DNA of 64,000 nt from Microgenomates group bacterium (GCA_041659805.1 JBAZXP010000001.1:192589-256588), one strand, 5' to 3'. Shown: positions 26,380 to 36,500, numbered from the stretch's first letter. Notes: a model not told the origin generated them from the sequence alone. A program made the numbers and translations.

Positions 26380-28166
26380 TGGCTGCTTTAAACCCCAGAC
26401 TAATAGAAGACACTATACATTTAATTGAAACATACCAACGAAGCGGAGAAGGGTCTGCTTTTAGAAGGCGCTTTGATATGGCAATTGCCAGAGATGTCAA
26501 CGCCACCTATAAAAACCGGCCTTTAAAATTATATTTCGAGATATTGGCAAGCACCAATGAAGAAAAATTTGGGGACTCTTACAAAGATATCCGCCGGCTC
26601 GTTAAACATGATAACGAAGGAATCATCAAAGAAACACTTCTGAAAGTAAGCCCTAATGATTTAAATAATCTGGCCGACCATTTAGAACAAGCAAAGGAAA
26701 ATATTAATTCAACGACTTACCCAAAGGAGGAGGTCGATGATATTAATAAAATTGAAGCAGATTCCAAAGACCGGATCCAAAAACGAATTGCACATGCAAA
26801 AAGATTAGACCAAACCGAATATCTTGCAGTTACTAAAAAGACCCCAAAAGAAATAGAAAAAGAGGAAGAAGAGGCAGAAGCAGAAACAGGCCCCGGCTCT
26901 TCTCCTGAGCAGAAAAAATCATACAGCCCGGCAACCGAAGAAGAGAAAGCTAGGTTGATGGCAGCCCTGAATACACCAAAAAAAGAAGTTCCCAAGAATA
27001 TATTGGTTGGGCCGAGAGGAGAACCGTTAATAACCATCCCTCAAGAACGATTAATCGAACCGGAGGAGATAACCTTTGAACCAAGAGCTCTTGAGCCAAC
27101 AACCCCATCATTGCCTCAAACACCTGACTTAGGCTTTGCCAGAAGAATTATTAAAACAGGGAAGGTAACGGAAACCGCCGGAGCAGCAGAGGCAGGCATC
27201 AGTTTTACTACAGGAAGAGTGGCGGCAACAGGTGCTGCCAGAGCAGGAGTAATTGCAGCCGAGGGTGGAGCACGGGCTGTTGCCAGATTAGGTGCAGGAG
27301 CTGCTGCCAGAACCGGTGCGGGAGTATTGGCTAAACTAGGATTTTCAGCTGCGACAGGGATAGCTACAGGTGGCGTCGGTTTAGTAATTGGATTAGCTAT
27401 AACCGCAGTCACTACTTTTGGCGATCAAATAAAAAAACTGGGAAAGCTTGTTCTTCAGGTTACAATTGCTATTTTTTGTGTTTTTATTTTAATGTTTTTC
27501 GGGAATTGGGGAGAGAAAATGAACTCTTTACTGCCTCCTTATTCAATTGGGGAGGCTGCAGGTTTACCAACAGCCACACCAACAGGGGCTATTACACCAA
27601 CCCCTACAGGTCCAATAACACCCACCCCAGAAGCCGCTATTGCGAGCTGCCCCATTCCCGGCGGAACAATTACCTGTGGAAGTTTAAGCACTCCCAGAGG
27701 GGGCTGTGCACACTGTAGCGCTGCTTATAAAAGCACGTCTTTTTACCGCGATACATGTGACAGAGACATAAACGGAAGAATAATAGAAAATCGTTGTTTA
27801 TGTGATAAATATCCTGCCACATCTACAGGTCTTGATATTGCAGGAGCAGGAGGGACTCCAATTATATTGCCATCTATTAATAACCATATCGTTGTTTGGA
27901 CCCATCTTTCTCCTGAAGAAGGTAACAGCAACCAGGCAATCCAAAAATTCACAGGCATAGATCAGACTACCGAACAAAGCTATTATTTACAATTTCACCA
28001 TACTAAACCCGGTTCAGGGAGGTCTGGTCAATCAGGACAGGTTGGTGCTAATATTTGTAGTACTACTGCCTGTGGAGAAGAACATGTTCATGTTCAGATA
28101 GGTAATTCCGGTAATAGCCCCGGCAGCACAGGGTGGATGGATGCAGCAGCAACCATGTGTCAATAA
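26379..28166 (+). CDS. T4SS-associated membrane protein with Gly/Ala-rich segment and C-terminal Cys-rich M23-like domain
   Basis: GLDIAG, YLQFHH, HVHVQ (HxH) resemble M23 motifs; TM and PT linker. Confidence 0.55.
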   Translation: MAALNPRLIEDTIHLIETYQRSGEGSAFRRRFDMAIARDVNATYKNRPLKLYFEILASTNEEKFGDSYKDIRRLVKHDNEGIIKETLLKVSPNDLNNLADHLEQAKENINSTTYPKEEVDDINKIEADSKDRIQKRIAHAKRLDQTEYLAVTKKTPKEIEKEEEEAEAETGPGSSPEQKKSYSPATEEEKARLMAALNTPKKEVPKNILVGPRGEPLITIPQERLIEPEEITFEPRALEPTTPSLPQTPDLGFARRIIKTGKVTETAGAAEAGISFTTGRVAATGAARAGVIAAEGGARAVARLGAGAAARTGAGVLAKLGFSAATGIATGGVGLVIGLAITAVTTFGDQIKKLGKLVLQVTIAIFCVFILMFFGNWGEKMNSLLPPYSIGEAAGLPTATPTGAITPTPTGPITPTPEAAIASCPIPGGTITCGSLSTPRGGCAHCSAAYKSTSFYRDTCDRDINGRIIENRCLCDKYPATSTGLDIAGAGGTPIILPSINNHIVVWTHLSPEEGNSNQAIQKFTGIDQTTEQSYYLQFHHTKPGSGRSGQSGQVGANICSTTACGEEHVHVQIGNSGNSPGSTGWMDAAATMCQ

Positions 28167-28168
28167 AA

Positions 28169-28672
28169 ATGAATAATAAAGATTTAAAACGGATAATTCT
28201 TATAGGGATAACCAGTTTTTTCGTGGTAATTGTTTTAATCTCGCTTATAATTAGTCAATTTTTTACTGAGAAACAACCTGCTCCATCTACTACTGTTCCA
28301 ATTACCACAATCACTCCTACACAAAAACCTCTCCCGAGCCAATTCGGAATAGAAGAGACTACTCCAAGTGAAGATACTTCTATTATCTATTTTCCTAATC
28401 AACAAATAGGTTTTACTTTTAATAAAAGCGTTGATGCTGATTCCGTGATTTATTCAGTTACTCCAAATGCTCCGGTAAACATTAAGTTAGATATAAACTC
28501 AAACAGAACTGTAGTTTTTACTCCTAAAACAACTTGGCAAAAAGGTATTACAACCATCACAATATTGCCACAAACAAAAGCCCTTGATGGTCAATTATTA
28601 AACCAGTCTTTTGTTTATAAACTTAATTCTGAGTTCCCGTCTAATCCGCCTGCTGACTGGAAAGGTTATTAA
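28169..28672 (+). CDS. membrane-anchored Ig-like (Big_5-type) protein
   Basis: N-terminal TM; IGFTFNKSVD...VVFTPKTTW...DGQLL. Confidence 0.65.
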   Translation: MNNKDLKRIILIGITSFFVVIVLISLIISQFFTEKQPAPSTTVPITTITPTQKPLPSQFGIEETTPSEDTSIIYFPNQQIGFTFNKSVDADSVIYSVTPNAPVNIKLDINSNRTVVFTPKTTWQKGITTITILPQTKALDGQLLNQSFVYKLNSEFPSNPPADWKGY

Positions 28673-28675
28673 TAT

Positions 28676-29146
28676 ATGCCGAATTTAAGTATAAAACAAA
28701 AAATTATAGGAATAATTGTAGTTATTGGCACAATATTAATCTTAATTTTTAAAGGAGGAATTTATTCAAAACCAGCTGAGAATTTAGATAAGACTTTTAA
28801 CAATCCCACACCCACAACTATTCAAACTGACACCCCAGAAATCATTTCTACCAGCCCCTCACCTTTAGATAATTCTTATATCTGGGGGACAACAGCAATT
28901 TCAATTACTTTTAATCTACCAATAGAAAACATCCCGGAGCTTAAATATAAATTCGAACCGGCGTCAAACATTAAAACAGATCTTTCAAATGATAATAAAA
29001 CAGTGACGTTTACACCCATTGAACCTTTAAAGCTGGGCTCTGAATATCTTTTAACAATCCCTGCAGAAGCAAAATTTCTGGGTAAAAAAACATTAGGAAA
29101 AAGCTATATTTTTCACATAAGGACGATTGAGTACAAAGGGGTCTAA
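28676..29146 (+). CDS. membrane-anchored Ig-like (Big_5-type) protein
   Basis: N-terminal TM; IISTSP...ISITFNLPI...VTFTPIEPLKLGSEYLLTI. Confidence 0.7.
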   Translation: MPNLSIKQKIIGIIVVIGTILILIFKGGIYSKPAENLDKTFNNPTPTTIQTDTPEIISTSPSPLDNSYIWGTTAISITFNLPIENIPELKYKFEPASNIKTDLSNDNKTVTFTPIEPLKLGSEYLLTIPAEAKFLGKKTLGKSYIFHIRTIEYKGV

Positions 29147-29148
29147 GA

Positions 29149-30249
29149 TTAACTTAAATTAACAGGCATCACAATACACTCCAAACCTTCTTCCCCCATT
29201 GGTTTAAAAATAGAGGCAGAAAGCGGCCCGGAAAGTTCAATTATTACCTGGGAAGAGCTAAAGGCAGACAGGCTGTCTTGTAAATACTTAGTATTAAAAG
29301 AGATTTGAATTTCTCCACCCTCACACTCTGCATCAATCTCCTTTTTTTGTGATCCCAACTCTTTTGTTTCTGAGGTTAAAACCAGCTTTTTATCTAAATT
29401 CTGTAATTTAACTGTATTAGCCTCGCCTCTGGCAAAAACCGACGCCAGCTTAACTGCTTTTAGGAGCTCGCTTCTGTCTGTAATGATCCTAACCTTAATC
29501 TCTGTTGGAATAATCTTCTCCCAGGCAGGAAATTGTCCTTCAATTAAGCGGGAAGAAAGCTGGGTGTTACCAAAAGAAAACACAATTTGGTTCTGATCAT
29601 CAGAAACAGCTACTTTAATCTCGTCAGACTCATCTTCTCCAATCAACCTAATAACTTCTTCGAAGGTGCGCCTGGGAACCAAAGCCTTAAAACTGGAATC
29701 ACTTTCTGTGACTACGCTTTTGTGGGCCAGTCTATATCCGTCTGTTGCCACAAGTTGTAATTTCTTATTATTTATCTCGGTTAAAATACCGGTTAAAATC
29801 GGCCGACCATCATCAACTGCCGCTGAAAAAATCACTTCCGGCAAGGCCTTCACAAGTAATTTAGGATCAATAGAGGCTGCCTGCTTACCTGATAAGGGAA
29901 TATTAGGAAATTCGGTAGCACTGATTCCGTTTAAAGAAGATGAAAATGTCGGAGTAGTGAGTTCAACAGATTCATCACTGGCACTTATTTCTATTTTTTC
30001 ACCGCTTAAATTAGAAATTACATCAACCAGCATCTTTGCGGGAATAGTTATCTCGCCTTCCTCAATAACATCTGCTTTCACAGATTTCACGACACCGATT
30101 TCTAGATTAGTGGCTGATATTTTAACTCTGTCTGAATCTGCCTGAATCAAAACATTACCCAAAACAGGCAGTTGAGACCTGATTCCGGCCGAACGGGAAA
30201 CAGAAGAAAGCACTGGCATCAAATCCTGTTGTAAAATCGTAAATTTCAT
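29149..30249 (-). CDS. dnaN: DNA polymerase III beta clamp
   Basis: ATNLEIG, RPILTG, VATDGYRLA, SRLIEGQFP, IVMPV. Confidence 0.97.
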   Translation of the reverse strand: MKFTILQQDLMPVLSSVSRSAGIRSQLPVLGNVLIQADSDRVKISATNLEIGVVKSVKADVIEEGEITIPAKMLVDVISNLSGEKIEISASDESVELTTPTFSSSLNGISATEFPNIPLSGKQAASIDPKLLVKALPEVIFSAAVDDGRPILTGILTEINNKKLQLVATDGYRLAHKSVVTESDSSFKALVPRRTFEEVIRLIGEDESDEIKVAVSDDQNQIVFSFGNTQLSSRLIEGQFPAWEKIIPTEIKVRIITDRSELLKAVKLASVFARGEANTVKLQNLDKKLVLTSETKELGSQKKEIDAECEGGEIQISFNTKYLQDSLSAFSSSQVIIELSGPLSASIFKPMGEEGLECIVMPVNLS

Positions 30250-30255
30250 TAATTT

Positions 30256-30708
30256 TTATTCTTTGTGGGCAGAAATATATTTATGGGCATCTTCGTCTGA
30301 GATCTTAATCAAGCGAAAATGAACGCGCCCGGTGACTACTAGGTTTTTAATGTGTTTTTCCTCTTCTGTCAAGGTAGCAAAGTTCCCGGATTTTACTTCA
30401 ATAAAGTCGATTCGTTCATTATTCTTAATCCCAATAAAGTCAATCGGTTGTCCTAAGGGAATAATCCGGTCGTAATCATACCTTAATTCTGCATAAGTTA
30501 ATAACTCTGCTACCTTACCTTTTTGTGGATTAATTGAGCCCTGAATTGTTTGTAATACTCTAGCTGGTAAATCTGCAACTTGCTTATAAAGTGATATAAA
30601 ATCTGTGGGAATTTCCTGTGGTTTTGGTTTAACACTCAGTCTTCCAAATAAATAAACAATGATTAGTACAAGTATTCCTATTAAGTAATATGTAAAGTTT
30701 ATATCCAT
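30256..30708 (-). CDS. membrane-anchored Holliday-junction-resolvase-like PD-(D/E)XK endonuclease (Endonuc_Holl type)
   Basis: N-terminal TM; GKVAE, LGQPIDFI, FIEVKSG, LTEEEKHIK. Confidence 0.75.
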   Translation of the reverse strand: MDINFTYYLIGILVLIIVYLFGRLSVKPKPQEIPTDFISLYKQVADLPARVLQTIQGSINPQKGKVAELLTYAELRYDYDRIIPLGQPIDFIGIKNNERIDFIEVKSGNFATLTEEEKHIKNLVVTGRVHFRLIKISDEDAHKYISAHKE

Positions 30709-30978
30709 GCTTATCCACTTACAAAGCAGTTCTAGTTCTCTCTTTATTTATACAGCTGTAGTATTACTAGGGTCTGTTAAGATGTGTATTCACAGCCACA
30801 ACCCAGCTTCAGGTTACTTGGGGATAAGGATAAGTGTAAAACTTAAACCTAGTTATCCCCTCTCTTGGACTTTTTTAACCACAACTTTTCGCCTACTCTT
30901 CGTGTGTAAAAAGTATATCACAACTGTGGATAAAGTGGTGGATAACTTTAAGAGTTTTGGGGATAAGTGTGTTGAAAG
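30709..30978. other. probable oriC (DnaA-box cluster)
   Basis: TTATCCACT 30711, TGGGGATAA 30819, TTATCCCCT 30853, TTAACCACA 30875, TGTGGATAA 30925, GGTGGATAA 30937, TGGGGATAA 30958; downstream of dnaA. Confidence 0.85.
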
Positions 30979-32313
30979 TTACTGGGCAGTTAAGGCTTGC
31001 TTGAGCTCTATTAAAACCCTCTGGATTTCCCTGTCTGTGCCAGAGGCAGTCCTGATTTTATCCACACCGTGCAAGATGGTGGTGTGATCCCTTCCGCCCA
31101 ATAAATCCCCGATTCTCTCATAGGGAATTTTGCACTCCTCATACAAAAGATACATAGCTAATTGTCTGGGGAAAACCAACTCTTTTTTGCGTCTGGGGCC
31201 GGTAATATCTGACATTTTAGTATTAAAATAACGATTGATTTCTGAAAAAACCTTTTTATGGTCCAATTTCATACTGGATGGCTGAGGTTTTCCCAGGTGG
31301 TTTCTGATAAATTCAGGGGTCAGTGCAAGATTTTGTAATTTGGCAATCTGAATAATTTGCATCAACTTCCCTTCCAGCTCTCTGGCGTTTGTTTCTACCA
31401 GCTCAGCAATTAGAATCATACATTCTTCTGGCACAGCATCTCCTTTTTCCCTGCATCTGGCTTTGATAATAGCGACCCTGGTATCAAAATCCGGTAGTTG
31501 AATATCTACCATCAAACCTCCCTGGAATCTGGAGGCGAGTCTTCCTTCCAGTTTTTGAATTTCATTTGGCGGTCTGTCTGAGGTTAAAATAATCTGGGCA
31601 TTTTTAGCCTGAAGCTCATTAAAGGTATGGAAAAACTCTTCCTGAGTTGAATCTCTGCCGGAAATAAACTGGACATCATCAATTAAAAGCAGTCCGCAAT
31701 TGCGGTATTTAGCCCGAAAATCCCCTGTTCTTTTGGTTTGAATGCTTTGGATAAAGTCGTTCATAAATTTTTCCGAAGAGCAATAAATAATCTTCAGGTG
31801 TGGGTTTTTAGCAACTAAGGCATTTCCTACACCGTGCATTAAATGAGTTTTTCCTACTCCTGTGCCGCCATAAATAAATAAAGGATTATAGGTAGTGCCG
31901 GGATTATTGATTACGCCCTGGGCTGCGGCATAAGCCAAGTTATTTGACAGGCCAACTACAAAGTTTTCCACAGTATATTTTGGATTAAGACCTGTTTGAG
32001 ATAAATCAGGAGCTCTGACTTCAAAATCTAACTCCAGATCCAGCCCTGAATCAGATCCGCTTTTAGAGTTTAGCGAAGAATCGACTCTAAATTCTATGTT
32101 CAGGGTTTTTCCAAAGGATTGCTCCACAGCTTTGGCTAAAACATCAATATATTTTGTGGAAAGTTGTTGTTTAATAAAAGCTGAGGGGACATTGATTGTA
32201 ACCTTGTTGTCCTCGATAGATTCGAGAGTGGTTTTAGAAAACCAGGTACGGTAGTTTGCCAGGGTAACCTGGTCCTTAAGGATTTTTAAAGTATTTGACC
32301 ACTGTTTTTCCAT
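30979..32313 (-). CDS. dnaA: chromosomal replication initiator DnaA
   Basis: YNPLFIYGGTGVGKTHL, LLIDDVQF, QEEFFHTFN, GGRDHTTILH. Confidence 0.98.
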   Translation of the reverse strand: MEKQWSNTLKILKDQVTLANYRTWFSKTTLESIEDNKVTINVPSAFIKQQLSTKYIDVLAKAVEQSFGKTLNIEFRVDSSLNSKSGSDSGLDLELDFEVRAPDLSQTGLNPKYTVENFVVGLSNNLAYAAAQGVINNPGTTYNPLFIYGGTGVGKTHLMHGVGNALVAKNPHLKIIYCSSEKFMNDFIQSIQTKRTGDFRAKYRNCGLLLIDDVQFISGRDSTQEEFFHTFNELQAKNAQIILTSDRPPNEIQKLEGRLASRFQGGLMVDIQLPDFDTRVAIIKARCREKGDAVPEECMILIAELVETNARELEGKLMQIIQIAKLQNLALTPEFIRNHLGKPQPSSMKLDHKKVFSEINRYFNTKMSDITGPRRKKELVFPRQLAMYLLYEECKIPYERIGDLLGGRDHTTILHGVDKIRTASGTDREIQRVLIELKQALTAQ

Positions 32314-32375
32314 AAATTCTTGATGGGTAAATCGAGGCAGAACCAGAACTCATTGGGGCTATCATAGTGAAAAAG

Positions 32376-32384
32376 TTATCCACA
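32376..32384 (+). promoter_or_regulatory. perfect DnaA box upstream of dnaA
   Basis: TTATCCACA in the dnaA-rpmH intergenic region. Confidence 0.75.
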
Positions 32385-32467
32385 GAAAAGATACCTAAAC
32401 AGTGACGCAATATATCAACTTAGAGTTAGCCTTGCAAAAAGCCTCGAAAATTAGTAAACTACCCTAT

Positions 32468-32608
32468 ATGCCTAAACGCACTTATCAACCAAAAGCAGTC
32501 AAAAGAGTTAGAAAACACGGATTCATGGCCAGAATGAGTGATTCCGACGGACAAAAAGTCTTGAAAAGAAGACGGGCTAAAGGTAGAGTAAAGCTGGTGA
32601 CGGTATAG
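32468..32608 (+). CDS. rpmH: 50S ribosomal protein L34
   Basis: [23 protein letters not shown]...RRRAKGR. Confidence 0.96.
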   Translation: MPKRTYQPKAVKRVRKHGFMARMSDSDGQKVLKRRRAKGRVKLVTV

Positions 32609-32648
32609 TCATCAGCAGTCAGCTTTCAGTCGTCAGGCTAAAAATAAA

Positions 32649-32990
32649 ATGCTTCCCAGAGAAAAAAGGCTCAATTTAAAAACTTCATTTAACTTTGTAA
32701 TCAAAGGACAAAAGGTAGAAAATTCCTTATACAAAATGTTTTTCAGACAAGCCGAAGAGAATCAGCCCAAAGTAGGTATCGCTTTAAAAAAAGAATATTT
32801 TAAATTAGCAGTTGATAGAAACAGAGCCAGAAGATTAACCTCAACAGCGCTCGGAGTGCTTTACCCCAACTTAAAGAAAAAGGTTAACCTGATTCTTATG
32901 CCAAAACAGGGAGTACTAGAACAATCTTCAGAAGAACTTACAGTGTTTTTAGAAAAGGAGTTAAAAAGATTAGACCTATTAGTCAAATAA
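32649..32990 (+). CDS. rnpA: RNase P protein component
   Basis: MLPREKRL, AVDRNRARR motif; synteny. Confidence 0.9.
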   Translation: MLPREKRLNLKTSFNFVIKGQKVENSLYKMFFRQAEENQPKVGIALKKEYFKLAVDRNRARRLTSTALGVLYPNLKKKVNLILMPKQGVLEQSSEELTVFLEKELKRLDLLVK

Positions 32991-32995
32991 GATCT

Positions 32996-33196
32996 ATGAG
33001 ACCTATTGTTTTGTTTTTAATCGATTTTTATAGGAAATTTTTATCCTTTGATAGAGGCCTGCTTTCTTTTTTGGCACCTGGGGGAGCTTGCAGGCAAACC
33101 CCAACATGCTCATTGTATACTAGGCAAATGATTATAAAGTATGGTTTAATGAGAGGACTTATTTTAGGAGGTAAAAGAATAATCAAATGCCGGTAG
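32996..33196 (+). CDS. yidD: membrane protein insertion efficiency factor (short form)
   Basis: CRQTPTCSLY...KYG...RIIKC; synteny. Confidence 0.85.
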   Translation: MRPIVLFLIDFYRKFLSFDRGLLSFLAPGGACRQTPTCSLYTRQMIIKYGLMRGLILGGKRIIKCR

Positions 33197-34035
33197 ATAT
33201 TGGAGCTGTTTTTAATACATTATTTTTAGGACCAATTGTTAATCTTTTAGTTCTAATTTTCCGCGCTCTTGAGACCATTCACCTACCAGGTGCTTTTGGT
33301 TTTTCAATTATAGTTCTTACAGTTATAGTAAGACTTTTGGTTTGGCCTTTTATGCAGACCCAGCTTAAATCCGCCAGAAAGATGGCAGAGCTAAAACCCC
33401 ATCTGGATGCTTTAAAGATTAAACACAAGGGAGATAAACAAGGATTAGCTACTGCTCAAATGGCTTTATACAAAGAACATGGGGTTAATCCTGCCGGAGG
33501 TTGTCTCCCAGCTATTATTCAGATTCCTGTAATATGGGCTCTTTATACAGCAATTCAGAAATTCTTTGAACCTTCTAGTTTGGATTGGTTAAACAATAGC
33601 GTTCTATATGTTAAAGAATGGTATTTTACTGCCACTCCTGATTTAAACTTTTTTGGTTTGAATTTAGCAACTAAACCTTCAGAATTTGGTCAATTTGGGG
33701 TATTGCTTCTTCTGATCCCTGTTATTACAGCGGCATTACAACTTATTCAATCCAAGATGATGGTTCCGGAAAAACCAGTAAAAATAAATAAAGATGATTC
33801 TCCAAAAGAGAAAAAGGAAAAAGTACAAACTGAGGATTCTATGGCAGCAATGCAATCTCAAATGATGTTTATGATGCCGCTCATGATTGGATATTTTGCC
33901 TTCCAGTTCCCTGTCGGCCTGGCTCTTTACTGGAATACATTTACTATCTTAGGAATTGTTCAGCAGTATAAAATTTCCGGTTGGGGTGGACTTAAGGATT
34001 GGACTGTTTTAGCAAAAAAATATTTACCTGCTTAG
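33187..34035 (+). CDS. yidC: membrane protein insertase YidC
   Basis: IIVLTVIVR, LYKEHGVNPAGGCLP, GLALYW. Confidence 0.95.
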   Translation: MPVDIGAVFNTLFLGPIVNLLVLIFRALETIHLPGAFGFSIIVLTVIVRLLVWPFMQTQLKSARKMAELKPHLDALKIKHKGDKQGLATAQMALYKEHGVNPAGGCLPAIIQIPVIWALYTAIQKFFEPSSLDWLNNSVLYVKEWYFTATPDLNFFGLNLATKPSEFGQFGVLLLLIPVITAALQLIQSKMMVPEKPVKINKDDSPKEKKEKVQTEDSMAAMQSQMMFMMPLMIGYFAFQFPVGLALYWNTFTILGIVQQYKISGWGGLKDWTVLAKKYLPA

Positions 34036-34082
34036 ATTCCACTGATTGACTGATCCTGGCTGATCATTTATACTTGTCCTCT

Positions 34083-34619
34083 ATGGAAGCAAAAGTTTCA
34101 GAAATTTTAGAAAATATTTTAGGAATGCTTGGACTTGAGGGTAGTTTTGAAGTGACTGAAGGCCCCGAAGAAGTTAAAGTAACTATCGAAGCTTCAGACC
34201 CGGGTAGATTGATCGGATTTGGTGGTGAGACTCTTGATGCACTGCAATTAATTGTTAATCAAATTGTTGGAAAGCAAGCAACTGACAAAGAACCTTATAA
34301 AAGAGTGTCTATTGATGTTGCTGGTTGGAGACAAAACAAAGAAGCAGATTTAGAAAGACGCGCTAGAAATTGGGTTAATGAAGTACTGGAGAGCAAAGAA
34401 GAGCTGGAACTTGAACCAATGCCATCCTGGCAAAGAAGAGTAGTTCATATGGTTGCTTCAGAAACTGAAGGTGTTGAATCAGAAAGTATTGGAGAAGGCC
34501 GAGACAGACATTTAGTAATCAGACCCGCAGCTTCTGTTAAACCAGCAAAAAAAACTTCTAAAAAAGCTGCTGAAAAGCAAGAGATTCAGGAAGAAGCTCC
34601 AAAAGAAGATATTGAGTAG
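34083..34619 (+). CDS. jag: Jag/KhpB RNA-binding protein (KH + R3H)
   Basis: GRLIGFGGETLDALQ; LEPMPSWQRRVVH; SESIGEG. Confidence 0.9.
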   Translation: MEAKVSEILENILGMLGLEGSFEVTEGPEEVKVTIEASDPGRLIGFGGETLDALQLIVNQIVGKQATDKEPYKRVSIDVAGWRQNKEADLERRARNWVNEVLESKEELELEPMPSWQRRVVHMVASETEGVESESIGEGRDRHLVIRPAASVKPAKKTSKKAAEKQEIQEEAPKEDIE

Positions 34620-34646
34620 ATTTAAAATCTAGGTTACACTAGATCC

Positions 34647-35945
34647 GTGATCAAGATTCTTCAGGAAATAAAGCAGATATTTATTTCAGATTTAATAAAA
34701 ATTTCTTCTCAGACAATGTGGCAGGTAATCAGTAAAGTTGCCACTTCCCTATCATCTTTTATTATTCTTGGATTGGTGAGCAGAGCCTACGGACAAGATG
34801 GAACAGGAACATTTACTCTGGCACTGACCTATTTAGGTTTTTTTTACTTAGCTACAGATCTTGGTTTAAATACTTACTATCTCCCCCGTCTTATTTCTTT
34901 TAAAGAGGAGGCAAATTCTTTGTTTAATTTGAGGTTTATTTTATCATTGCTTTTAGTTCTCTTAGCAATTTTGGGCACGTTTTTTCTACCGTTTAACGAT
35001 AATAATTTTAGATTACTGGTGATGGTTGGAGCTGCTTCAATTATTTTTAACGGATTTTTGTCTTCTTTTAATTTAATATTTCAAAATCAGCTTAAATACG
35101 AATCAACCATGGCTGCTGCTTCTATTGGGGCTTTTTTTAATGTAGTGATCGTCGCGTTTTTATGTTTAACTCACGCAGCACTTCCTTTATTGGCTTTTGG
35201 CTCATTGCTCTCAACTCTTATTACGGCAATTATTTCTTTCAGCATGGTTTCAGGCTTCTATCAATTTTCCTTTAAATTTTTCCAAGCAAACTTTTTTCTT
35301 TCTACTTTCAAAAATGCCTGGCCGATTATGGTAACCTTAGGATTAAATACAGTCTATTTTAGAATTGATACTTTTATTCTTTCTGCTGCTTATCCGATGT
35401 CAGTTGTCGGAACATATAATCTAGCTTATCAGATATTCCAAAGCCTTTTGGTTATTCCCACTTTTATTATGAACAGCTTCTATCCGATTTTAATTAATGA
35501 TCAAAAGAATAACCTACTATTATTTAATAAAAAAATTGTTACTGCTGCGCTTCTGTTATTCTCATTAGCTTTAGGGGGTTTAATTCTTACTTGGGCCCTA
35601 GCTCCTTTTGTGATCTATCTTATTACCGGAAGTGATTTTGGCGGTTCCGCTGTTTCTTTGCAGATTTTATCTCTTGGTTTCCCAGCCTTCTTTTTAACAT
35701 CACTATTGATGATGGTGATGGTAATAATGGGTAAGTATAAAGAGCTGGCAGCTGTTTACAGCGTTGGTCTGATGTTTAATTTGGCCCTTAACTGGGTATG
35801 GATACCACAGTTTTCTTTTATTGCTGCTTCCTGGGTAACAGTTGTTTCAGAATACCTAATCCTAATAATCCAGGTAGCAATAGTGCTTCCTCAGCTAGGA
35901 CTGTTAACACTTTTTGGTAAGGAAGAAAATATCAACTCCTTGTAA
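34647..35945 (+). CDS. MOP-family polysaccharide flippase (Wzx-like)
   Basis: ~12 TMs, TDLGL, YFRIDT, VGTYNLAY. Confidence 0.85.
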   Translation: MIKILQEIKQIFISDLIKISSQTMWQVISKVATSLSSFIILGLVSRAYGQDGTGTFTLALTYLGFFYLATDLGLNTYYLPRLISFKEEANSLFNLRFILSLLLVLLAILGTFFLPFNDNNFRLLVMVGAASIIFNGFLSSFNLIFQNQLKYESTMAAASIGAFFNVVIVAFLCLTHAALPLLAFGSLLSTLITAIISFSMVSGFYQFSFKFFQANFFLSTFKNAWPIMVTLGLNTVYFRIDTFILSAAYPMSVVGTYNLAYQIFQSLLVIPTFIMNSFYPILINDQKNNLLLFNKKIVTAALLLFSLALGGLILTWALAPFVIYLITGSDFGGSAVSLQILSLGFPAFFLTSLLMMVMVIMGKYKELAAVYSVGLMFNLALNWVWIPQFSFIAASWVTVVSEYLILIIQVAIVLPQLGLLTLFGKEENINSL

Positions 35946-35976
35946 CTAATATATTTCCTTTATATACTTCTTAAGT

Positions 35977-36399
35977 ATGAAATACATAATATTCACAGAC
36001 GGCGGTTCCAGAGGCAACCCGGGTCATGCAGCAGCAGCCTTTGTCATGAAGGATGAAAAGGAAAAGAACATTTTGAAAGAAGGCGTGTATATGGGGATAG
36101 GTACCAATAACGAAGCAGAGTACACAGCTGTTATCAAAGCTTTGGAGAGAGTAAGAGAAGATAACGCAACCCTCGATTCAATCAGTATTGAATTCCGTGC
36201 AGACTCACAACTGGTAGTAAACCAATTAATGGGTGATTGGAAAATTAAAAACGACCGTATCAGAAGGATGTACGAGGAAGTAAAGAGACTGGAGAGTGGA
36301 TTTGAAATCGTTGTGTATACTTATATCCCACGTGCCCTCAACTTCGAAGCAGATGCTATGGTTAATGAAACTTTGGATAAAAGAAATTCCTCTAAATAA
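35977..36399 (+). CDS. rnhA: ribonuclease HI family protein
   Basis: TDGGSRGNPG, TNNEAEY, DSQLVVNQ, N..ADAMVN. Confidence 0.9.
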   Translation: MKYIIFTDGGSRGNPGHAAAAFVMKDEKEKNILKEGVYMGIGTNNEAEYTAVIKALERVREDNATLDSISIEFRADSQLVVNQLMGDWKIKNDRIRRMYEEVKRLESGFEIVVYTYIPRALNFEADAMVNETLDKRNSSK

Positions 36400-36500
36400 A
36401 TTTTCCTTGATCTGCTTCTATACGTTTGATCTCTCTTGAAATAGGCGTCAATCAAAGGTACGATTACGTGAAAGGAGCGATTAATAGCAAAAATTTTACT

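Noticed and set aside
27560-27630. T/P-rich repeats (TPTGAITPTPTGPITPTP)
   Set aside because: Ordinary low-complexity linker
30707-31087. 126-aa + strand ORF
   Set aside because: Overlies the DnaA-box cluster and is antisense to dnaA; spurious
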